Origin: Stylophora pistillata
Lineage: Eukaryota
Direction: 5' to 3'
Assembly (NCBI RefSeq): GCF_002571385.2
Contig: NW_019217963.1
Span: 479,164-543,163, forward strand
Length of the DNA stretch: 64,000 nt
The notes beneath the pieces are model-generated. The model worked only from the letters and a program-made list of their open reading frames with translations. It did no database searches and was not told where the DNA came from. The stretch's first letter is position 1; every line of letters begins with the position of its first letter. Positions 60,477 to 64,000 of this stretch are shown in pieces. Position numbers and translations under genes: made by a program.

Positions 60477-63372
60477 TTACTTCACAGCCTAACCAACACA
60501 CAATTTCCCTCCGGAGAAACGGTGGCCATGAAGGTATAAAAATACGTTATAGAGAAGGAAACACTGGGCTGATATATAAACCGCCGGAAACCTAAAGATG
60601 TTGGATCAATATTTGTTAGCTTCACGTTCTCTTAAATTTACCTGCGCTGGAATAGATGGCTCTGTGTTTCGTCTCTCCGGTGTTGCATATTGAGATATCC
60701 TCAGTTTTTCCTCTGTCTGCAATCAAAATAAAAATATTAATAAAAGCAGCGGGACACAACAATCAGTTTCTTTTCCTCATTTAAATCTAAATAAGTGAAA
60801 GCTGATGGTGTGACTCCTAACTCGCTCACCCAAGGAGATACAACTCGTCCATATGGCTGAAAAGAACGTTTCACCTCCTAAAAGCATATGGTATATCAAC
60901 ATTACAATTCCAGTAGAATGTCTCATTATACCATTGGAAAACTAGTTTTGAGATTATCTTCTCCAATGACGCAATCCTGGAGCGCTATTAGAATTTTCCT
61001 AAAGTAGTTCCGCACATAAATGTGATGGTAACATTGCGCTGTAATGATCTTGCTTGCTACGGATCGCTTTTCATTTCAAAGCTGAATAGACCTTGTGCAA
61101 GGGGCACTACCATAAGAATAACGCCTACCGGCAAGCGTAGCAGCGCCCGCACTTCTTCCAATCGCTCAACCTGTTTTTCTCTTTCTCTTTGGTCTGCGAG
61201 CAAAGTTTGAAGCTTTTCGTTCTCTTCTTTCGTCATGTTTGTGTCTCCTGATTGTAAGTCCGCAACACGTGCGTTTAGATCTTTGTGCACGGCTTTTAAG
61301 TTATGAAAGGTGAAGTCATAAAATTGTTTCCTCACAATTTCGTCGCATGTGCAAGCTTGCTTTGTCATGCCTGTTACTTTCGAATACAGTTCCACGAGAT
61401 TTCTACCTTGAGTACCGATGATATCCAACTTTTTTTGGACGGTGAAGGTTTCTTCTTTCAGTTCGTGCATTTCCAAACTGGAAGTTATGTTTGACAGAAT
61501 CATTTGCAGAATTTCCAACTTCTCGGAGATTTGGTTTACTTTGAGGGTAAGATGTGAATATTCAGCTGTGCTGCTAGTTTCTGTTTCTTTTAATTTGGCG
61601 TATTTCCTGTAATCTGGCCGATAGCATTAATGTAGTCTTTGATTTCCTGGATTGACAGTTGAAATTCGTAGAAATTCAAGTTAAGATGCATACTATGCAT
61701 AATATTTTGATAACTAAATAGATTCACAAACATGGAATATTTTACAAAAGGCTTATCCTCGTATTTGTCCTCGAAAATTGATAGTTTTTAAGAATAAATG
61801 ATGAAAATTTTTTTCTGATTGTAATCAGTAATGGCATCTTTAAGTCTCCTTAAAATTGCTCCTTTTCGCAACCTGAAGCAAATTAAAATTTTCAGATTAA
61901 AAGGTAAAGACGAATGGTACATTTAAACTTATGAAATATCAGTTGTGCAGTTTTGGTCTCAATAAATGTAAACGAAATCTTTCTTAGACAGATCTGGAGC
62001 GAAGTAATTATCTGCCCATTTGGCTGCCTTATTAGTCCAATTCCATGAGCTATCATGAAACTTTTTCCTAATAATTGATATTTACCTTCAAAGACGTATT
62101 GAATTCTTTTCTCTTAGTCTCCCACACGAAGAACGTTGACGTTTCAGTTCTGTCGTAGCCCAATATGATCTAATTCAGTTAAGAAAAAAAAACATAAATA
62201 AAGACGAAATAGGACTGGTCACCGTGGAAAAGATTATAGCGCGCAGCAATGTTAATCACACCTTCAATTGTTATACAGATGTTAATAAAGTCAATCAACT
62301 CTCCGCTAACGGAAATCTCGTAAGTGGACAGTTCTATTTACGGTCACTTTTCCACTTCCCCTTTTTAATTTGCTTCTCTTTTAAACTCTGTATTTACACA
62401 TTCCCTTTAGCGGACGCTCTTTCGTAAGTGGACAAGGTCAATTAAAAAAGGGAAAATTGTAATTTTCTTTTGTTTACGCTCCCTGGTAAGTGGACGCCCC
62501 AGGAATAATAATTGTCGCTTAGCAGTAAGATTTTTCTTGAAGTGGCAAAAAAATATATACGACCTTTGGCAGAGCAACAGAACAGTGGGGATCGGTTTTG
62601 TCTAATCTCCACTTGTGTGCGGGAAGGTGCCCGTCCTTTGACATTAACAAGACTCCGACATAACAGCCCCCGTAAGCGGAAATCCTCCCTATTTTCCTTT
62701 GAAGTCCACCCATGGCATCACTTTTTCTAAGCGGACAGTTCTACTAACAGACACTTTTTCTAATTCCGGAGGGCGTCCGCTTACGAAAGAAATGACTGTA
62801 CCAGTATTCCTTCCACTTCTATATGAACAACAGCCTCTGTCTGACGCGAAAAATGCTCGCATATTTGTTCTCGGACATTATCTGTTCCGAGAAGCGAACA
62901 GCTTTGCGAGAGGGAAGCTCAAGGAAAACTTTGAGCTTAGAGGAAAAGGTATTGTCTAATGACAAAATAATATACGAGGATGTTTTAGCGCCAAATGGAA
63001 GATAAAATATTCATAACTCTTCAAATTTTTTTGAAACGCGCCGGCAAAAATATTCACAAACAGCTAACCGTTTACTGTGTGGGATGCTTATGGACATTTC
63101 AGAGTTCTTTAGTACGGCATTATAAAAAGAAACCAAATTTGTCCCTTCTACTATCACATCAGCTAAACTTTATCTCGTCTTAGATTAAATTGCAGGTGGA
63201 GACTTTTATCTTACTGCACTGGAGGTTGGGTTCAAAATTTATGGAGTATCAGTTAGTATTCTTTTATATCACCTATGAATATTCCAAATTCATATACGAA
63301 CCTGGTTTTCATCGTCTACCTTAATCGTTCCTCCAACCTCAAAGGTGAGTGTTCTTCTATCATTGACAGGAG
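60477..63372 (-). CDS. Gene D: paralog of gene C (helical/coiled-coil part; death-domain exon expected off-window); one -1 frameshift
   Basis: Exons 63302-63372, 62086-62169, 61129-61646 (518 nt, one short of phase 0-0, frame break near 61610), 60642-60716, 60477-60488 (AVK*). All splice sites canonical. Confidence 0.75.
62287..62800. mobile_element. pogo/Tc1-type MITE (TA-CAGTC terminus)
   Basis: Right end GACTGTA. Repeated TAAG(C/T)GGAC motifs. Left terminus degraded. Confidence 0.65.
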
Positions 63373-63562
63373 CTGAAAAACATTTTTTTCGCAGATTTAG
63401 CACCTCTAACTGACGACAAATATGTAAATGAATAATTATGATGGTTTTCTGTATGTTTGAACACTAAGCAGTCGAAAAGACTAGTCTGGCAATCCGGGCA
63501 GAATCAATAACTACATATTTCTGGCGTGTGCAACACTTTCTACAGTACCTTCCATCGAGCAA

Positions 63563-63905
63563 ACCGCCTCCCGGTTAGCTCAATGGATAGAGCACTGGAC
63601 TGTTGTGAGGGAGGTCGAGGGTTCGAGCCCCGGCCGGACCAACACTCAAGGTCTTAAAATAATTGAGAAGAATATGCTGCCTTTCTATAACATCAAGAAA
63701 TGGTTAGATATTCTGGTCTTCTCGGATAGGGACGAATAAATGGAGGTCCCGTCTCCTGCAGGGTTAGGGGTAGGAGACGTTAATTTTCCACGCACGAGAT
63801 TACTATGTGATGGATGTCCTCCCCTGGGGTGGGATGGGTGGTTAACAGGACCCCCGTTGATACCAGTGTTTACTACTCTGAAGGGGCTATCCTGCATAAA
63901 TATAG
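63563..63905 (+). mobile_element. tRNA-derived SINE
   Basis: A box TAGCTCAATGG and B box GGTTCGAGCCCC, followed by a non-tRNA body (CCGGACCAACACTCAAGGTCTTAAAATAA...). No pairing acceptor stem. Confidence 0.8.
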
Positions 63906-64000
63906 ATGTCCACTAGTAAATAAGTACGAAAAAATCACTCCACATTTTCTTTCCTCTTCACGAACTCAAATTTCAAGGAACAAAAACCCAGATCTGTGTA

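Noticed and set aside
63570-63640. tRNA gene
   Set aside because: A and B boxes are present but the acceptor stem does not pair and a SINE body follows.

Overview
AT-rich, intron- and repeat-rich animal genomic DNA. The repeat families suggest an anthozoan, probably a stony coral; this is an inference. Two N gaps lie at 13689-13948 and 20225-20239. Manual splice reconstruction on the minus strand gives a tandemly duplicated two-gene cassette, in transcription order D (63.4-60.5 kb; 5' end off-window), B (55.6-37 kb), C (32.4-25.2 kb), a partial copy of C's 5' region (22-20 kb), and A (16.6 kb to <1.6 kb). Paralogs A and B encode an unnamed ~105-aa N-terminal domain, a micro-exon linker, an acidic DFDL(D/E) motif, a DSGxxS phosphodegron-like motif, an IPT/TIG domain, a basic cluster and a helical/acidic tail. 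B assembles into a 19-exon, 641-aa open frame, with an uncertain 3' end. C encodes a death domain followed by a helical/coiled-coil region and is a pseudogene. D is its paralog, with the death-domain exon not in the window and one frameshift. Two tandem perfect kB sites and conserved M-box promoter blocks lie in the cluster, so it may be an uncharacterised NF-kB/IkB-like immune module (hypothesis). Introns hold L2/CR1-type LINEs (one with a 2A-like peptide), tRNA SINEs, Penelope-derived hairpins with hammerhead-like cores, TTAA Kolobok-like elements, MITEs and a 28S rRNA fragment. All exon models were read by hand and need RNA-seq confirmation.
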